Shown here: piece after piece, positions 44,474 to 56,252 of the stretch | Layout: every line of letters starts with the position of its first letter | Position numbering within the stretch: the stretch's first letter is position 1 | NCBI RefSeq assembly: GCF_049075655.1 | Contig: NZ_CP157522.1 | Coordinates: 160,001 to 224,000, forward strand | Source of the DNA: Methanothermococcus sp. Ax23 | Lineage (GTDB): Archaea > AGJL01 > Methanococci > Methanococcales > Methanococcaceae | DNA length: 64,000 nucleotides | Direction of reading: 5' to 3' | Notes under the pieces: model-generated | Told to the model about the DNA's origin: nothing | Database searches by the model: none | The model's input: only the letters and a program-made list of their open reading frames with translations | Made by a program: the position numbers and the translations under genes

Positions 44474-44691
44474 TTAATTTCTTTTTTAATTTTCTTATTT
44501 TTATCAAAGATAAAATTACATTTTTTGTCATATTATATTTATCAGTTGAATATTTTTATTTTTAAATCCTTTTTTAGTGAATTAAATGTAAATTTACGCA
44601 TTAAACAAAATATTAAAGTCAATTTTAACATTAACCAAAAGATTTTAATAACTTAAAAATTATACCATCATAAAAAAGTAGTGGTGATATT

Positions 44692-45912
44692 GTGAAGGCT
44701 GTTATTTTTATTGTTGATGGATTAGGCGATAGGCCAAATACTGAGGGAAACACACCATTAAAAGAGGCCAATACACCTACAATAGACAGAATGGCAAAAG
44801 AAAGTATTTGTGGTATAATGAATGCCGTTGATATTGGAGTTAGGCCTGGAAGCGATACTGCACATTTAGCTATACTGGGATATGACCCCCATGAAAACTA
44901 CACTGGGAGAGGACCTTTTGAAGCAGCGGGTGTAGGCATTGACGTGCAACCGGGAGATATAGCATTTAGATGTAATTTTGCCACCGTTGATGAAAATTTT
45001 GTCGTAATCGACAGAAGAGCGGGAAGAATAAAAAACACGGAAGAGCTCGAAAAAGCAATTGATGGTATTGAAGTTGATGGGGTTAAAGTAATCTTCAAAC
45101 AGTCAGGAGGATATAGGGCAGCACTTGTTTTAAGAGGAGATAAGTTAAGCGACAAAATAACCGAAGGAGACCCACACCACGAAGGAGTAAAGGTTCCAGA
45201 AATAAAACCCCTGGATGATTCAGAAGAAGCAAAAAGAACTGCTGATGTGCTGAATAAAATAATAAAAATAGCTTATGAAAAATTAAACAACCATCCAGTA
45301 AATGAAGAAAGAAGGAAAAATGGACTCCCTCCTGCAAATATCATATTGCCAAGAGGTGTTGGGAAGGTTCCAACCATTCAGCCGTTCAGCGAAAAATATG
45401 GATTAAAAGGAGCATGTATTGCAGGAACTGGTCTTATAAAAGGTATTGCAAAAATGGTAAAATTGGATTATATAGATGTTGAAGGAGCTACGGGAACCCC
45501 TGAAACCAATTTCATGAACAAGGCAAAGGCCATTGTGGAAGGGCTTAAAACATATGATTTTATTATTATTAATGTGAAAGGGGCAGACGAAGCTTCACAC
45601 GATGGAAACTACGAGCTCAAAAAGAAAGTTATTGAAAAAGTAGATGGAATGTTGAAATACATACTTGATAATATCGATAAAAACGAGGTTTATTTCGTAT
45701 TAACGGGAGACCACTCTACCCCAATAGAAGAAAAAGACCACTCAGCAGACCCAATTCCTATATTAATATGGGGTAAAAGTGTAAGAGTTGATGATGTGGA
45801 AAAATTCGACGAGTTTTCCACATATAAAGGAGGGTTATGTTGGATAAGAGGTAAGGATATACTACCAATACTGCTTGATTTAATGGGATTGGCTAAAAAA
45901 TACGGTGCATAA
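44692..45912 (+). CDS. apgM: 2,3-bisphosphoglycerate-independent phosphoglycerate mutase
   Basis: DGLGDRP, PGSDTAHL, DEASHDG, TGDHSTP. Confidence 0.94.
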   Translation: MKAVIFIVDGLGDRPNTEGNTPLKEANTPTIDRMAKESICGIMNAVDIGVRPGSDTAHLAILGYDPHENYTGRGPFEAAGVGIDVQPGDIAFRCNFATVDENFVVIDRRAGRIKNTEELEKAIDGIEVDGVKVIFKQSGGYRAALVLRGDKLSDKITEGDPHHEGVKVPEIKPLDDSEEAKRTADVLNKIIKIAYEKLNNHPVNEERRKNGLPPANIILPRGVGKVPTIQPFSEKYGLKGACIAGTGLIKGIAKMVKLDYIDVEGATGTPETNFMNKAKAIVEGLKTYDFIIINVKGADEASHDGNYELKKKVIEKVDGMLKYILDNIDKNEVYFVLTGDHSTPIEEKDHSADPIPILIWGKSVRVDDVEKFDEFSTYKGGLCWIRGKDILPILLDLMGLAKKYGA

Positions 45913-46036
45913 TTGATTAATACCATAATGCTGTTAAATTATTCATTATTAAATTGATTATTTATTGACTTATTAATTTATTCTATTTTTATCATCATAT
46001 TTTATTATATTTTTATAATTACTATTTAGTGATACC

Positions 46037-47032
46037 ATGGAGCTCCTACAATTTTATGAAAAATCCATTAGAAAGGAAATTACATATAAAGACGCCATCG
46101 AACTTTGGGACTACGATGTTTATGATTTACTTTATACGGCATATTCCGTTAAAAAATATTACAACAATAAAAACAATAACAGCAACAATAATGCCAACAA
46201 TAACAAAATCGATTTATGTTCCATAATAAATGCAAAATCTGGGAGATGTCCTGAAAACTGTGCATTTTGCTCCCAGTCCATACATAATAAGGTGAATATC
46301 AATATTTACGACTTAAAACCAAAGGAAGAGATTTTAAAATATGCAAAATACATAGAAAAATACAGCCACAGGCTTTCAATAGTTGTAAGTGGAAAAACTG
46401 TAAATAATGACGAGTTTGAAAAAATAATGGATACGATAAAGGAAATAAAAGAAAAAACAAATTTAAAAGTCTGTGCTTCATTGGGAATTCTCGATAAAGA
46501 CAGATTAAAAGAATTAAAAGAATTAAATGTTAGAATACATAACAATCTGGAAACTTCGAGGGATTATTTTGATAATATATGCACCACACATAAATACGAT
46601 GACAAAATAAAAACAATAAAAACCGCTAAAAAATTGGGATTGGAAGTTTGTAGTGGGGGAATATTTGGACTTGGGGAAACTTTCGAAGATAGAATTAAGA
46701 TGTTTGAGGAATTGAAAAACCTTAATGTAGATGGCATAGCTTTAAACATTATCCATCCAATGGAGGGAACAAAAATATATAATTTAATTGCGGAAAATAA
46801 AATAAAAAGAATTACGCCAATTGAGGCGTTAAAGTCCATAGCAATAGCAAAAATATATCTACCTGATAGAGAAATACGGCTCTGCGGTGGAAGAGAATAT
46901 AATTTAAATGATTTGCAGAGTTTGGCACTATTAGCACTTGATGGACTTATGGTTGGAAACTATCTAACTACAAAGGGAAGAAATATTGATGACGATATAA
47001 AAATGATAATTGACATGGGATTTAAATGTTAA
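46037..47032 (+). CDS. bioB: biotin synthase
   Basis: CPENCAFC radical SAM motif, HNNLETS, CSGGIFGLGE, GNYLTT. Confidence 0.92.
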   Translation: MELLQFYEKSIRKEITYKDAIELWDYDVYDLLYTAYSVKKYYNNKNNNSNNNANNNKIDLCSIINAKSGRCPENCAFCSQSIHNKVNINIYDLKPKEEILKYAKYIEKYSHRLSIVVSGKTVNNDEFEKIMDTIKEIKEKTNLKVCASLGILDKDRLKELKELNVRIHNNLETSRDYFDNICTTHKYDDKIKTIKTAKKLGLEVCSGGIFGLGETFEDRIKMFEELKNLNVDGIALNIIHPMEGTKIYNLIAENKIKRITPIEALKSIAIAKIYLPDREIRLCGGREYNLNDLQSLALLALDGLMVGNYLTTKGRNIDDDIKMIIDMGFKC

Positions 47033-47823
47033 TGGAAAAATACCAAAAATTGAAAGATTATTTTAAAGGAAAAAAAGTAATAGTATCTTATTCCGGTGGC
47101 ATCGATAGTTCATTAGTAGCTAAGGTGAGCTCCGATAATGCAAAATACACTCTCGCCATCACAATAGATAACGGCTTTTTTTCAGAGGATGCCGTAAATA
47201 ATGCAATAGAACGAGCTAAAAAATACAATATAAACCACAAAATCATAAAAATGAACTATATGGACAGCGAGGACATAATATCTAAAATAAATAACGATTT
47301 AAAAAATAGGTGCTACTTCTGTAAAAAGTTCATGGCAGAGGAGCTCGTAAAGGAAAAAAATAAATTAAGTGATAATGTAATTAATAATGATATAATCATT
47401 GTGGATGGAACAAACTACGATGATTTGTTTGAAGATAGACCTGGAATGAGAGCATATAAGGAATACAACATAAAATCACCCCTTGCAGAGCTGAAATTTT
47501 CCAAAAATGATATAATCAACATTTCAAAATATCTAAATCTCGATATTCCAAAAAAAGATACCTGTTTAGCCACGCGGGTTTTAAATCCACCGATTACAGA
47601 GGAAAAACTAAAAATGGTGGAAAGGGCAGAAAGATTTTTAGCATCATTTTTAAATATTGAGGGCTATTTCAGAGTAAGGCATTTTTATGATATTGCCATT
47701 ATTGAAATAAATAAAGATGAAGTTTATAAATTTGAAACTGATATAGATAATCTAAAAACAATAAATAAAAAATTTAAAGAAATAGGATTTAAAAAATGCG
47801 TATTGGATTTTAATCTAAAATAA
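47026..47823 (+). CDS. LarE-like ATP-dependent sulfur transferase (PP-loop)
   Basis: SYSGGIDSS, RCYFCK, DGTNYDD, DRPG, CLATR. Confidence 0.82.
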   Translation: MLMEKYQKLKDYFKGKKVIVSYSGGIDSSLVAKVSSDNAKYTLAITIDNGFFSEDAVNNAIERAKKYNINHKIIKMNYMDSEDIISKINNDLKNRCYFCKKFMAEELVKEKNKLSDNVINNDIIIVDGTNYDDLFEDRPGMRAYKEYNIKSPLAELKFSKNDIINISKYLNLDIPKKDTCLATRVLNPPITEEKLKMVERAERFLASFLNIEGYFRVRHFYDIAIIEINKDEVYKFETDIDNLKTINKKFKEIGFKKCVLDFNLK

Positions 47824-47890
47824 TTAGTTAAGGGTTTAGATTATAATTTAATAATAATTAAAAACAGCATATAGGTATAATGGTGATTAC

Positions 47891-49042
47891 ATGGATGAAA
47901 ATATAAATCTTGATAAATACAGAAACATTAAAAGACATCTCGGAAGAGAAATGATTGATTTGAACCCAATTCAAAGGGGCGGAGTCCTTCCAATAGAATC
48001 AAAAAAGGTAATGTATGAATACTGGGATGGATACAGTGTTTGCGACTACTGTGGAGGGCGACTTGATGAGGTTGAAACTCCACCAATCTGCGAATTTTTA
48101 AACGACATGTCAAAATTTTTAGATATGGATATATCAAGACCAACACACGGAGCTCGGGAGAGTAAATTTATAGTCATGCACTCAATATGTAAAGAAGGAG
48201 ATTATGTAGTCCTCGATGAAAACGCCCATTACACATCCTATGTTGCTATGGAAAGGGCGAAATTAAATCATGCAGTGGTAAAAAGTGAGGGCTATCCCAC
48301 ATATAGAATAAATCCCGAAGGCTATAAGGAAGTTATCGATAATTTAGAGGATGAGGGAAAAAACATAGGCTTAATACTTCTCACCCATGTGGATGGAAAC
48401 TATGGAAACCTTGCAGATGCTGAAAAAGTGGGAAAGATTGCAAAAGATAAGGGTTATCCATTTTTATTAAATTGTGCATACACCGTTGGAAGAATGCCTG
48501 TAAAGGGTAAAAAATTAAATGCCGACTTTTTAGCATGTTCAGGGCATAAAAGTATGGCGGCGTCTGGTCCTATGGGCATATTATCAATAAGGGATGAATT
48601 TGCAGACCGGATTTTAAGAACATCAAAAACCCACCCTGTTAAAGAGGTTGAGATGCTTGGATGCACCAGCAGGGGAGCTCCGATAGTATCACTTATGGCG
48701 AGCTTCCCTCACATTGTGGAAAGGGTTAAACACTGGGATGAGGAAATTAAGAAAACAAGGTTTGTAGTAGATGAGCTCGAAGAGATTGGATTTAAACAGA
48801 TTGGAGTAAAACCAAAGGAACATGATTTAATCAAATTTGAAACCCCTATACTTGATGAGATTGCACAGAAAGATAAAAGAAGAGGCTATTTCTTCTATGA
48901 CGAGTTGAAGAAAAGAGGAATCGGCGGAATAAGGAGGGGAACTACAAAAGAGGTAAAAATGAGCGTTTATGGTTTAACATGGGAGCAGGTTGAGTATGTT
49001 GTAAATAGTATTAAAGAAATTGTTGAAAATAATATAAAATAA
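47891..49042 (+). CDS. pscS: Sep-tRNA:Cys-tRNA synthase
   Basis: LNPIQRGG, GYSVCDYC, SGHKS (PLP lysine), LGCTSRG. Confidence 0.94.
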   Translation: MDENINLDKYRNIKRHLGREMIDLNPIQRGGVLPIESKKVMYEYWDGYSVCDYCGGRLDEVETPPICEFLNDMSKFLDMDISRPTHGARESKFIVMHSICKEGDYVVLDENAHYTSYVAMERAKLNHAVVKSEGYPTYRINPEGYKEVIDNLEDEGKNIGLILLTHVDGNYGNLADAEKVGKIAKDKGYPFLLNCAYTVGRMPVKGKKLNADFLACSGHKSMAASGPMGILSIRDEFADRILRTSKTHPVKEVEMLGCTSRGAPIVSLMASFPHIVERVKHWDEEIKKTRFVVDELEEIGFKQIGVKPKEHDLIKFETPILDEIAQKDKRRGYFFYDELKKRGIGGIRRGTTKEVKMSVYGLTWEQVEYVVNSIKEIVENNIK

Positions 49043-49208
49043 CATTATAACAATAAAAATTATTTAATATTATTTTAAAACACTTAATTTTTATTTTTAA
49101 TATTTATTTTATTTTAATTTTGAATAAAAAATAACAAATTTTATAAATTAAAGTTAAGATATAAATATATCATAAATGATTATTTAACTAAAAAATTAGG
49201 GGGTAAAT

Positions 49209-51320
49209 ATGCTTGATAAAATCTTTAATCCAAAATCCATTGCAGTAATTGGAGCATCCAGCACCGAGGGAAAAGTGGGGCATGCCATAATGAAAAATCT
49301 AATGGCATTTGTAGAAAACAGCCCCAATAACAAAATTTATCCAATAAACCCAAAATACGACGAAATATTGGGCATCAAATGCTACAAGTCTGTGTTAGAT
49401 GCTCCCGATAATATTGATTTAGCAGTAATTACCATACCTGCAAGGCTTATACCAAATACATTAGAAGAATGTGGAAAGAAGGGGATAAAAGGGGCAGTGA
49501 TAATATCCGCAGGTTTTTCAGAGGTTGGAAACTACGAGCTCGAAGAGGAAGTAAAAACAATAGCAAAAAAATATAACATAAGAATAATAGGTCCAAACTG
49601 TCTGGGAATAATAAATATGCACAACAGATTGAACGCTTCATTCAGCAAAGAATATTTTAAAGAGGGGAATATAACATTTATATCCCAGAGTGGGGCAGTA
49701 TTAACAGCCATACTTGATATAGCACCCCTTTTAAATTTAGGATTCTCAAAAATAATCAGCCTTGGGAATAAAATTGACATTCAGGAAAGCGATTTAATGG
49801 AATATTTAATTCATGATGATACAACAGAGGTTGTTGTTTTTTATATTGAGGGATTAAAGGATAAAAAATTTATAAAATCTGCAAAAAAGCTTGCAAAGGT
49901 TAAACCAATTATTGCCTTAAAAAGTGGAAAAACAGAAGCAGGAGCTAAGGCAGCATCTTCCCATACTGGAAGTTTGGCAGGAGATAATCAGATATACAAT
50001 GCCGCATTTAAAAAAGGAAAAGTCCTCACGGTTGAAACCTTTGAAGAATTGGTTAATTTAATGCACGTATTTTCAACACAACCACTTATGAAAAGTGATA
50101 AAATAGGAATTATTACAAATGCGGGAGGATTTGGAGTAATAGCTGCCGATAGCTGTAAAAAGTATGGTCTAACCATTGGAGAGTTTGAAGAATCTACGCG
50201 GGAAGAATTAAAAAAATATCTTCCACCAACATCGTCCATTTCAAATCCTCTTGATTTAATTGGTGATGCAGATACTGATAGATATAAAAACGCATTGAAT
50301 ATCGTTAAAAATGATAAAAATATCGACGGAATGCTTGTAATACTTACACCGCAAGAGATGACAAAGCCCTTGGAAGTTGCAGATGTGATTGTTGAGACAA
50401 AAAACAAAATGAAAAATGAAGGGATATACAAACCAATTGTGGCATCATTCGTTGGAGGAGAATCCATTAAAGGGGCAAAGAGCTATTTAAGAAAAAATGG
50501 AGTTCCCACATATATTTCTCCTGAAAGTGGAATTGAGGCACTGTCGAGCTCCTACAAATACAACACCATGAAAATAAAAGAAGACAATTGTGAATATTTA
50601 AACAGCATAAAAGACGAACTATTGAAAATAAAAGAAAAGTATAATGATATTGTTAAAAACCTTCTTAATAATCCTAATGAATATAATTCAAAAGAGTTTT
50701 TAAAAATACATGGAATGAAAGTTCCAAAAAGATATTTAGCAAAAACTCCCGAAGAAGCGGAAGAGTATGCATCTGATTTAGATGATGTTGTAATGAAAAT
50801 ATCCTCTCCTGATATTCTGCATAAATCAGATGCTGGATGTGTAATGGTAAAACCAGAAGACATTAAAAAAGCATTTAATACTATTATGGAAAACGGAAAA
50901 AGATATTTGGAAAAAAACGGAATTGAAGGAGTTATTGATGGAGTCCTGATTGAGGAATATATAGAAGGTCTTGAAGTTATTGTTGGAGGAAAAAGAGATG
51001 CCGTGTTCGGTCCTGTTGTAATGGTGGGATTAGGGGGAGTATTTGTCGAAGTTTTGAAGGATGTTTCATTCGGCATTCATCCAATTACAAGGGATTATGC
51101 ATTGGATAAATTGAAAGAATTAAAATCATATAAAGTTTTAGAAGGAATTAGGGGAAGACCTAAAAGGGATATTGATTTTATAATTGATATTATGGTTAGA
51201 TTGGGAATAATAATGGAAATATATCCTGAAATAAAAGAAATTGATATAAATCCATTGTTTGTAAAAGAGGATGGAAGGGGTGGATGTGTTGGTGATGCTT
51301 TGATTATTGTTGAAAAATAA
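49209..51320 (+). CDS. ADP-forming acetate-CoA ligase family protein (fused alpha/beta)
   Basis: PKSIAVIGAS, GPNCLG, SHTGSLAG, HKSDAG, DINPL. Confidence 0.9.
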   Translation: MLDKIFNPKSIAVIGASSTEGKVGHAIMKNLMAFVENSPNNKIYPINPKYDEILGIKCYKSVLDAPDNIDLAVITIPARLIPNTLEECGKKGIKGAVIISAGFSEVGNYELEEEVKTIAKKYNIRIIGPNCLGIINMHNRLNASFSKEYFKEGNITFISQSGAVLTAILDIAPLLNLGFSKIISLGNKIDIQESDLMEYLIHDDTTEVVVFYIEGLKDKKFIKSAKKLAKVKPIIALKSGKTEAGAKAASSHTGSLAGDNQIYNAAFKKGKVLTVETFEELVNLMHVFSTQPLMKSDKIGIITNAGGFGVIAADSCKKYGLTIGEFEESTREELKKYLPPTSSISNPLDLIGDADTDRYKNALNIVKNDKNIDGMLVILTPQEMTKPLEVADVIVETKNKMKNEGIYKPIVASFVGGESIKGAKSYLRKNGVPTYISPESGIEALSSSYKYNTMKIKEDNCEYLNSIKDELLKIKEKYNDIVKNLLNNPNEYNSKEFLKIHGMKVPKRYLAKTPEEAEEYASDLDDVVMKISSPDILHKSDAGCVMVKPEDIKKAFNTIMENGKRYLEKNGIEGVIDGVLIEEYIEGLEVIVGGKRDAVFGPVVMVGLGGVFVEVLKDVSFGIHPITRDYALDKLKELKSYKVLEGIRGRPKRDIDFIIDIMVRLGIIMEIYPEIKEIDINPLFVKEDGRGGCVGDALIIVEK

Positions 51321-51368
51321 GAAGGGCCAATATAATAAATAATTATAATGAATATTGCAATAATTAAT

Positions 51369-52034
51369 CTATAAATCAATTAATTCTATATTTTTAATTC
51401 TAACTTTATCATTTTTGTCAAATACATCAGATATAAAAAATGATTCCTGCGATGGATTAACGATATAACTGTTATTTATTTTATCAATACATTTACTTTC
51501 ATGTATATGCCCACATATAACCAAAGATGGACTGTATTCTTCAATAATTTTTCTCACTGATTCGCTTCCAACATTATCCTCCCCAACTCTATCTGCCATG
51601 GTATTTTTTGGCGGTGCATGAGATATTAATATAAAATTATTTATCAAATCCTCTTTTTTTATACCTTTAACTGCATTCTTGAACTTGGTATATAACTCTT
51701 CCTCGGTATATTCATTGGGCGTGTTAAACGGTGTTGGATTACTTCCTCCAATTCCTATAAATTTTATGTTGTTTATTTCAACACATTTTCCATCGATGTT
51801 TATATTCAATTCATTTAACTTGTTTATGGATTCGCCATTGTCGCAGTTTCCAGGAACTGTTAAGACTTGCACATTTTCCTTTTCCTTTAAATATTTCAAA
51901 TAATCAATTATTCTTAAATCTCTTCCAAAATGAGTAATATCTCCCGAAACAATAACCATATCTGGTTTATACAATAAAACTCTGCTGAAATTCACAATTC
52001 TTCCGTGCAAGTCGGTTAATCCTGCTATCCTCAT
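51369..52034 (-). CDS. calcineurin-like metallophosphoesterase
   Basis: DLHG, GDIT, PGNCD, SHAPP, GHIHE. Confidence 0.9.
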   Translation of the reverse strand: MRIAGLTDLHGRIVNFSRVLLYKPDMVIVSGDITHFGRDLRIIDYLKYLKEKENVQVLTVPGNCDNGESINKLNELNINIDGKCVEINNIKFIGIGGSNPTPFNTPNEYTEEELYTKFKNAVKGIKKEDLINNFILISHAPPKNTMADRVGEDNVGSESVRKIIEEYSPSLVICGHIHESKCIDKINNSYIVNPSQESFFISDVFDKNDKVRIKNIELIDL

Positions 52035-52075
52035 AAAATCCCTCTTTTACCATCTTTATTTATTTCTTTGTTTTT

Positions 52076-53710
52076 TTACTGAATTTTAACAAATTTTATC
52101 TCATCATTACACACAACTAAATTTCCCTTCCATTCTTCTTTTGTTTCTGGATAGTCTGAACGGTAGTGAGCTCCCCTGCTTTCCCTCCTCTCCAATGCAC
52201 ATTTCACAATAATTTCTGCAACTGTAATCATGTTCTTTAATTCAAGGTATTTTTGAATTTCAATGATTCCGTTTATTTTTACATTTTCTGCTTTATTTTT
52301 CAAGTCATCTATCTCTGAAAGTGCCTTTTTTAATCCCCCTTCGTTTCTCACTATTGAAACATAGTCCCACATAATACCTTTAAGCGAATTTATTAATTCA
52401 AATACATTATACTTATTGTCATTTTCGTTTTTGTTATTTCCATTATTCATTTTATTAGCAATTTCTTCTTTAATATCCATTATTAACTTATCTGCATATT
52501 CCTTTATATCTTTTAAATTAAATTCGCTTTCTTCTGCAAATTCTTCCGCACTTCTTCCAGCAATTGCTCCAAATACCTGAGTATCTGCCAGTGCATTTCC
52601 TCCCAGTCGGTTTGCACCGTGTATTCCTCCTGCAACTTCACCGCATGCAAAAAGCCCTTTTATGTTTGTTTCGCATCTTTCATTTATTCTTACACCGCCC
52701 ATTGAATGGTGTGCCGTAGGTGCTATAATCATTGGTTCCCTTCTTATATCTACGCCTATATCCATAAACTGCCTGAACATTGTTTCAAGCCGTTCTTCAA
52801 TGATTTCATCATCGAGATGAGACACATCTAAATAAACTCCCCCATTTACTCCCCTACCTTCCTGTATCTCATTGTATATTGCCTTTGCAACTACATCCCT
52901 TGTGGAGAGCTCCATCCTATCTTTGTCATAATTTACCATAAACCTTTCTTTATTTTTGTTGTATAAAATTCCCCCCTCTCCCCTTACAGCTTCTGTAACA
53001 AGAACTCCTGTTCCAACCATTCCTGTTGGGTGGAACTGCACCATTTCCATATCTATTAATTCCACTCCCTCATTGTATGCCATTGCAAAGCCGTCTCCAA
53101 CCTTTTGAATAGGATTTGATGTGATTGGATATAACTGCCCAGCCCCTCCTGTTGCAAGAACTGTGGATTTTGCATATATTGGGAAAATGTCCCCTGTAAT
53201 CATGTTTAAAAACAGAGCTCCGTAGCATCTATTATCCTTTACTATTAATTTTATTGCCATTGTGTCTTCTAAAATTTTAACTTTTTCAAGTTTATTTATA
53301 TACTCCATTAAACCTGCCATGAGCTCATGCCCTGTCCTGTCTCCACTATAACAAGTCCTATTGAAACTCTGCCCACCAAATGGTCTTTGAGCTATTGTTC
53401 CATCGTCGTTTCTATCGAATATTGAGCCAAATTTTTCCAAATTTTTTAATTCTTTTGGAGCATTTTTTATAAGAATTTCTACGAGTTTGGGATTATTTAT
53501 ATATCCCCCTCCCTTCATGGTGTCCTCAAAGTGCTTCTTAAAATCATCTTCTGGGTTTAATACTGCATTATATCCACCTTCTGCCATAACTGTGCATCCG
53601 CTTTTACCGAAAAGCCCCTTAACTGCGATGATTACATTTTTGTTGCTACATTCTATGGCACATCTTGCCGCAGCTCCTCCACCGCCAATAATTAAAACAT
53701 CTGTAATCAT
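52076..53710 (-). CDS. tfrA: thiol:fumarate reductase flavoprotein subunit A
   Basis: GGGGAA FAD motif, SGCTVMAEGG, QFHPTG, TEAVRGEGG, HGANRLGGN. Confidence 0.88.
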   Translation of the reverse strand: MITDVLIIGGGGAAARCAIECSNKNVIIAVKGLFGKSGCTVMAEGGYNAVLNPEDDFKKHFEDTMKGGGYINNPKLVEILIKNAPKELKNLEKFGSIFDRNDDGTIAQRPFGGQSFNRTCYSGDRTGHELMAGLMEYINKLEKVKILEDTMAIKLIVKDNRCYGALFLNMITGDIFPIYAKSTVLATGGAGQLYPITSNPIQKVGDGFAMAYNEGVELIDMEMVQFHPTGMVGTGVLVTEAVRGEGGILYNKNKERFMVNYDKDRMELSTRDVVAKAIYNEIQEGRGVNGGVYLDVSHLDDEIIEERLETMFRQFMDIGVDIRREPMIIAPTAHHSMGGVRINERCETNIKGLFACGEVAGGIHGANRLGGNALADTQVFGAIAGRSAEEFAEESEFNLKDIKEYADKLIMDIKEEIANKMNNGNNKNENDNKYNVFELINSLKGIMWDYVSIVRNEGGLKKALSEIDDLKNKAENVKINGIIEIQKYLELKNMITVAEIIVKCALERRESRGAHYRSDYPETKEEWKGNLVVCNDEIKFVKIQ

Positions 53711-53838
53711 AAAATCACCTAAAAAAATTATAATTTATAACATTATAATAATTTTTATTGTCAAATCTATTAAAAAAAGTATTTTTAAAATTTATTAATA
53801 ATTATTGGTTTTATTAATATATATCTATATTAACATAT

Positions 53839-55071
53839 TTACTGAATTACTCCGTATCCAATCAATCTCCATCTTGAACCTATTCTTCTACTCATTGCTA
53901 CTCTGTCTCCTTTATCGGCACATATTGGGAGTTTTAATTTTATATCTGCAATATCATCCCTTGCGGAGAGTATCACACCAACGGTTGTTGCTGTTCCAAC
54001 ATTCAACATTAATACTTCATTTGATTTCAATGGCTCAATTACCAATTCCTCTTTTGCACCAACGATTCTTTCAAGGAGATGTGCCTTTATGGTGATTTTA
54101 TCCAATGTTTCAGGTAGTGTTCCAGGTTCTCCTGCAACGCTTCCGCTGAGAGCATCTGATTTTGTAAGGGCAGGGTCGAGCTCCGTTCCAACCCCTACCA
54201 ATCCACCAGGATATGCCTTTTTAACCTTAGTCCCTCCAACTCCAAGAGAAGTTATTTTTGTAATAATCGGTTCCCAATAGGTTTTGTTTCCCTCTGTGAT
54301 TTTTAAACCCGGTTTTATTTCAATTTCCTTTCCAACTTCGAGAACTCCTTGAATAATACTTCCCCCTATAACACCACCTTTAAGGTCTTTTATTTCGCTT
54401 CCAGGTTTGTTAATGTCAAAACTTCTTGCAACATACATTCTTGCTGGGAGCTCCGCATCTCTCTCAGGTGTTGGTATAATGTCTTCAATTGCCTTTAAGA
54501 GAACATCAATATTTGCACCGTGGTGTGCTGAAACTGGAATAATCGGGGCATTTTCTGCAACGGTTCCCTTTACAAACTCTTTTATTTGTTTGTAGTTTTC
54601 CTTAGCTCTTTCTTCATCCACAAGGTCTATTTTGTTCTGGACAATTATTACATTTTTGATTCCCAAAGCATCCAATGCCATTAAATGCTCCTTTGTCTGT
54701 GGTTGTGGACATTCCTCGTTTGCTGCAATTACCAATATTGCACCGTCCATTAATGAAGCTCCTGAAAGCATTGTAGCCATAAGAGTTTCGTGTCCCGGTG
54801 CATCTACAAAGGATATTTTTCTAAGTGTTTTGGTTTTTGAACCACATCTTGGACATACTGGATTTACAGTATATGCCTCAGGCTCTGGACATTTTGGACA
54901 TTTTTTTATCTCGCAATCAGCATACCCCAATCTAATTGAGATACCTCTTTTTAATTCCTCACTGTGTGTATCTGTCCATACACCGGTTAGCTGTTTTGTT
55001 AAACTGGTTTTTCCATGGTCTACGTGTCCAACCATTCCAATATTTACTTCTGATTGTCTAGTCTTTGCCAT
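53839..55071 (-). CDS. eif2g: translation initiation factor 2 gamma subunit
   Basis: GHVDHGKT, zinc knuckle, [19 protein letters not shown]. Confidence 0.97.
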   Translation of the reverse strand: MAKTRQSEVNIGMVGHVDHGKTSLTKQLTGVWTDTHSEELKRGISIRLGYADCEIKKCPKCPEPEAYTVNPVCPRCGSKTKTLRKISFVDAPGHETLMATMLSGASLMDGAILVIAANEECPQPQTKEHLMALDALGIKNVIIVQNKIDLVDEERAKENYKQIKEFVKGTVAENAPIIPVSAHHGANIDVLLKAIEDIIPTPERDAELPARMYVARSFDINKPGSEIKDLKGGVIGGSIIQGVLEVGKEIEIKPGLKITEGNKTYWEPIITKITSLGVGGTKVKKAYPGGLVGVGTELDPALTKSDALSGSVAGEPGTLPETLDKITIKAHLLERIVGAKEELVIEPLKSNEVLMLNVGTATTVGVILSARDDIADIKLKLPICADKGDRVAMSRRIGSRWRLIGYGVIQ

Positions 55072-55301
55072 ACTATCCCTCTAAATATTTTTTATTTTTG
55101 GTTCCGCATTTGTGAGTGCATGATTATAATTGGAATATTATAATAAGAATAATAAAAGAGAATTAGCATTGTATATTCTATCTTTTATCAAATTCATTAA
55201 CATCATATACCATTTATACGACACCATATATATAATTTACATCAAATAAGAAAAATAATTAGAACATATCCTACAATTACAAAATATAATTTGGTGGAAT
55301 T

Positions 55302-56165
55302 ATGGACAGTATGAAATCCTCCGCAGTATCTCTTGCATCGGGAACAATCATAAATGCAATAGCCACAGGAAAAGGCTCAGCATTTGGTATTGATTTAAAG
55401 GTAAAAGCAACTGTCGAGCTCATAGATGATGGCAAAAAACACATAGTGGGAAAGGTAAAAGACCACCCAAATGTAAAGACAAATCTCATAGAAACATGCG
55501 TAAAAAATGTTTTAGATTATTTTAAGCTGGATTATTCGGCGAAAGTCATTACAGAAACAGAAATTCCAATAAAATCAGGTTTAAGCAGTAGCAGTGCAAC
55601 ATCAAATGCAGTGGTTTTGGCAACCTTCGGAGCTCTGAACGAAAAAATAGACGACAAACTTATACTTGATTTGGCAATAAAATCGTCATTTGATGAAGGT
55701 TTGACCATCACAGGAGCTTATGATGATGCTACGGCGTCATACTATGGTGGAATTACCATTACAGACAATTTAAATAGGGAAATAATTAAAAGAGATACAT
55801 TTAAAGAAGAAGATATAGATGTTTTGGTGCTTATGCCAAATTTAAATAAAAATGTAGATGTAAATAAGATGAAACTCTTAAAAAATTATGTTGAAGTGGC
55901 ATTTAACGAGTGTTTAAGTGGAAACTACTACAACGCACTATTTTTAAATGGAATTTTATACGCTTCTGCTCTTAACTTCCCAACAAACATTGCCATAGAA
56001 GCAGTTGAGTGCGGAGCTCTGACAGCAGGACTATCTGGAACAGGTCCATCATACATAGCATTAAGTTATAAGGATGACACTGAGAAAGTTAGGGGAGCTC
56101 TTGAAAAATACGGTAAGGTAATCACTACAAAGTTGAATAATAAGGGAGCTGAAATAATTGATTAA
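55302..56165 (+). CDS. aroK: archaeal shikimate kinase (GHMP family)
   Basis: [40 protein letters not shown]. Confidence 0.93.
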   Translation: MDSMKSSAVSLASGTIINAIATGKGSAFGIDLKVKATVELIDDGKKHIVGKVKDHPNVKTNLIETCVKNVLDYFKLDYSAKVITETEIPIKSGLSSSSATSNAVVLATFGALNEKIDDKLILDLAIKSSFDEGLTITGAYDDATASYYGGITITDNLNREIIKRDTFKEEDIDVLVLMPNLNKNVDVNKMKLLKNYVEVAFNECLSGNYYNALFLNGILYASALNFPTNIAIEAVECGALTAGLSGTGPSYIALSYKDDTEKVRGALEKYGKVITTKLNNKGAEIID

Positions 56166-56252
56166 AAACTATAAAGATAAATATTAAGTAATAAAGTTAA
56201 AATAAATAATATTAAAATAAATTTAAAAAATAATAAAGGTAAAGGTGAAATA

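Noticed and set aside
44438-44656. 72-aa ORF in the track
   Set aside because: Overlaps the SECIS and a T-rich terminator-like region; low-complexity translation.
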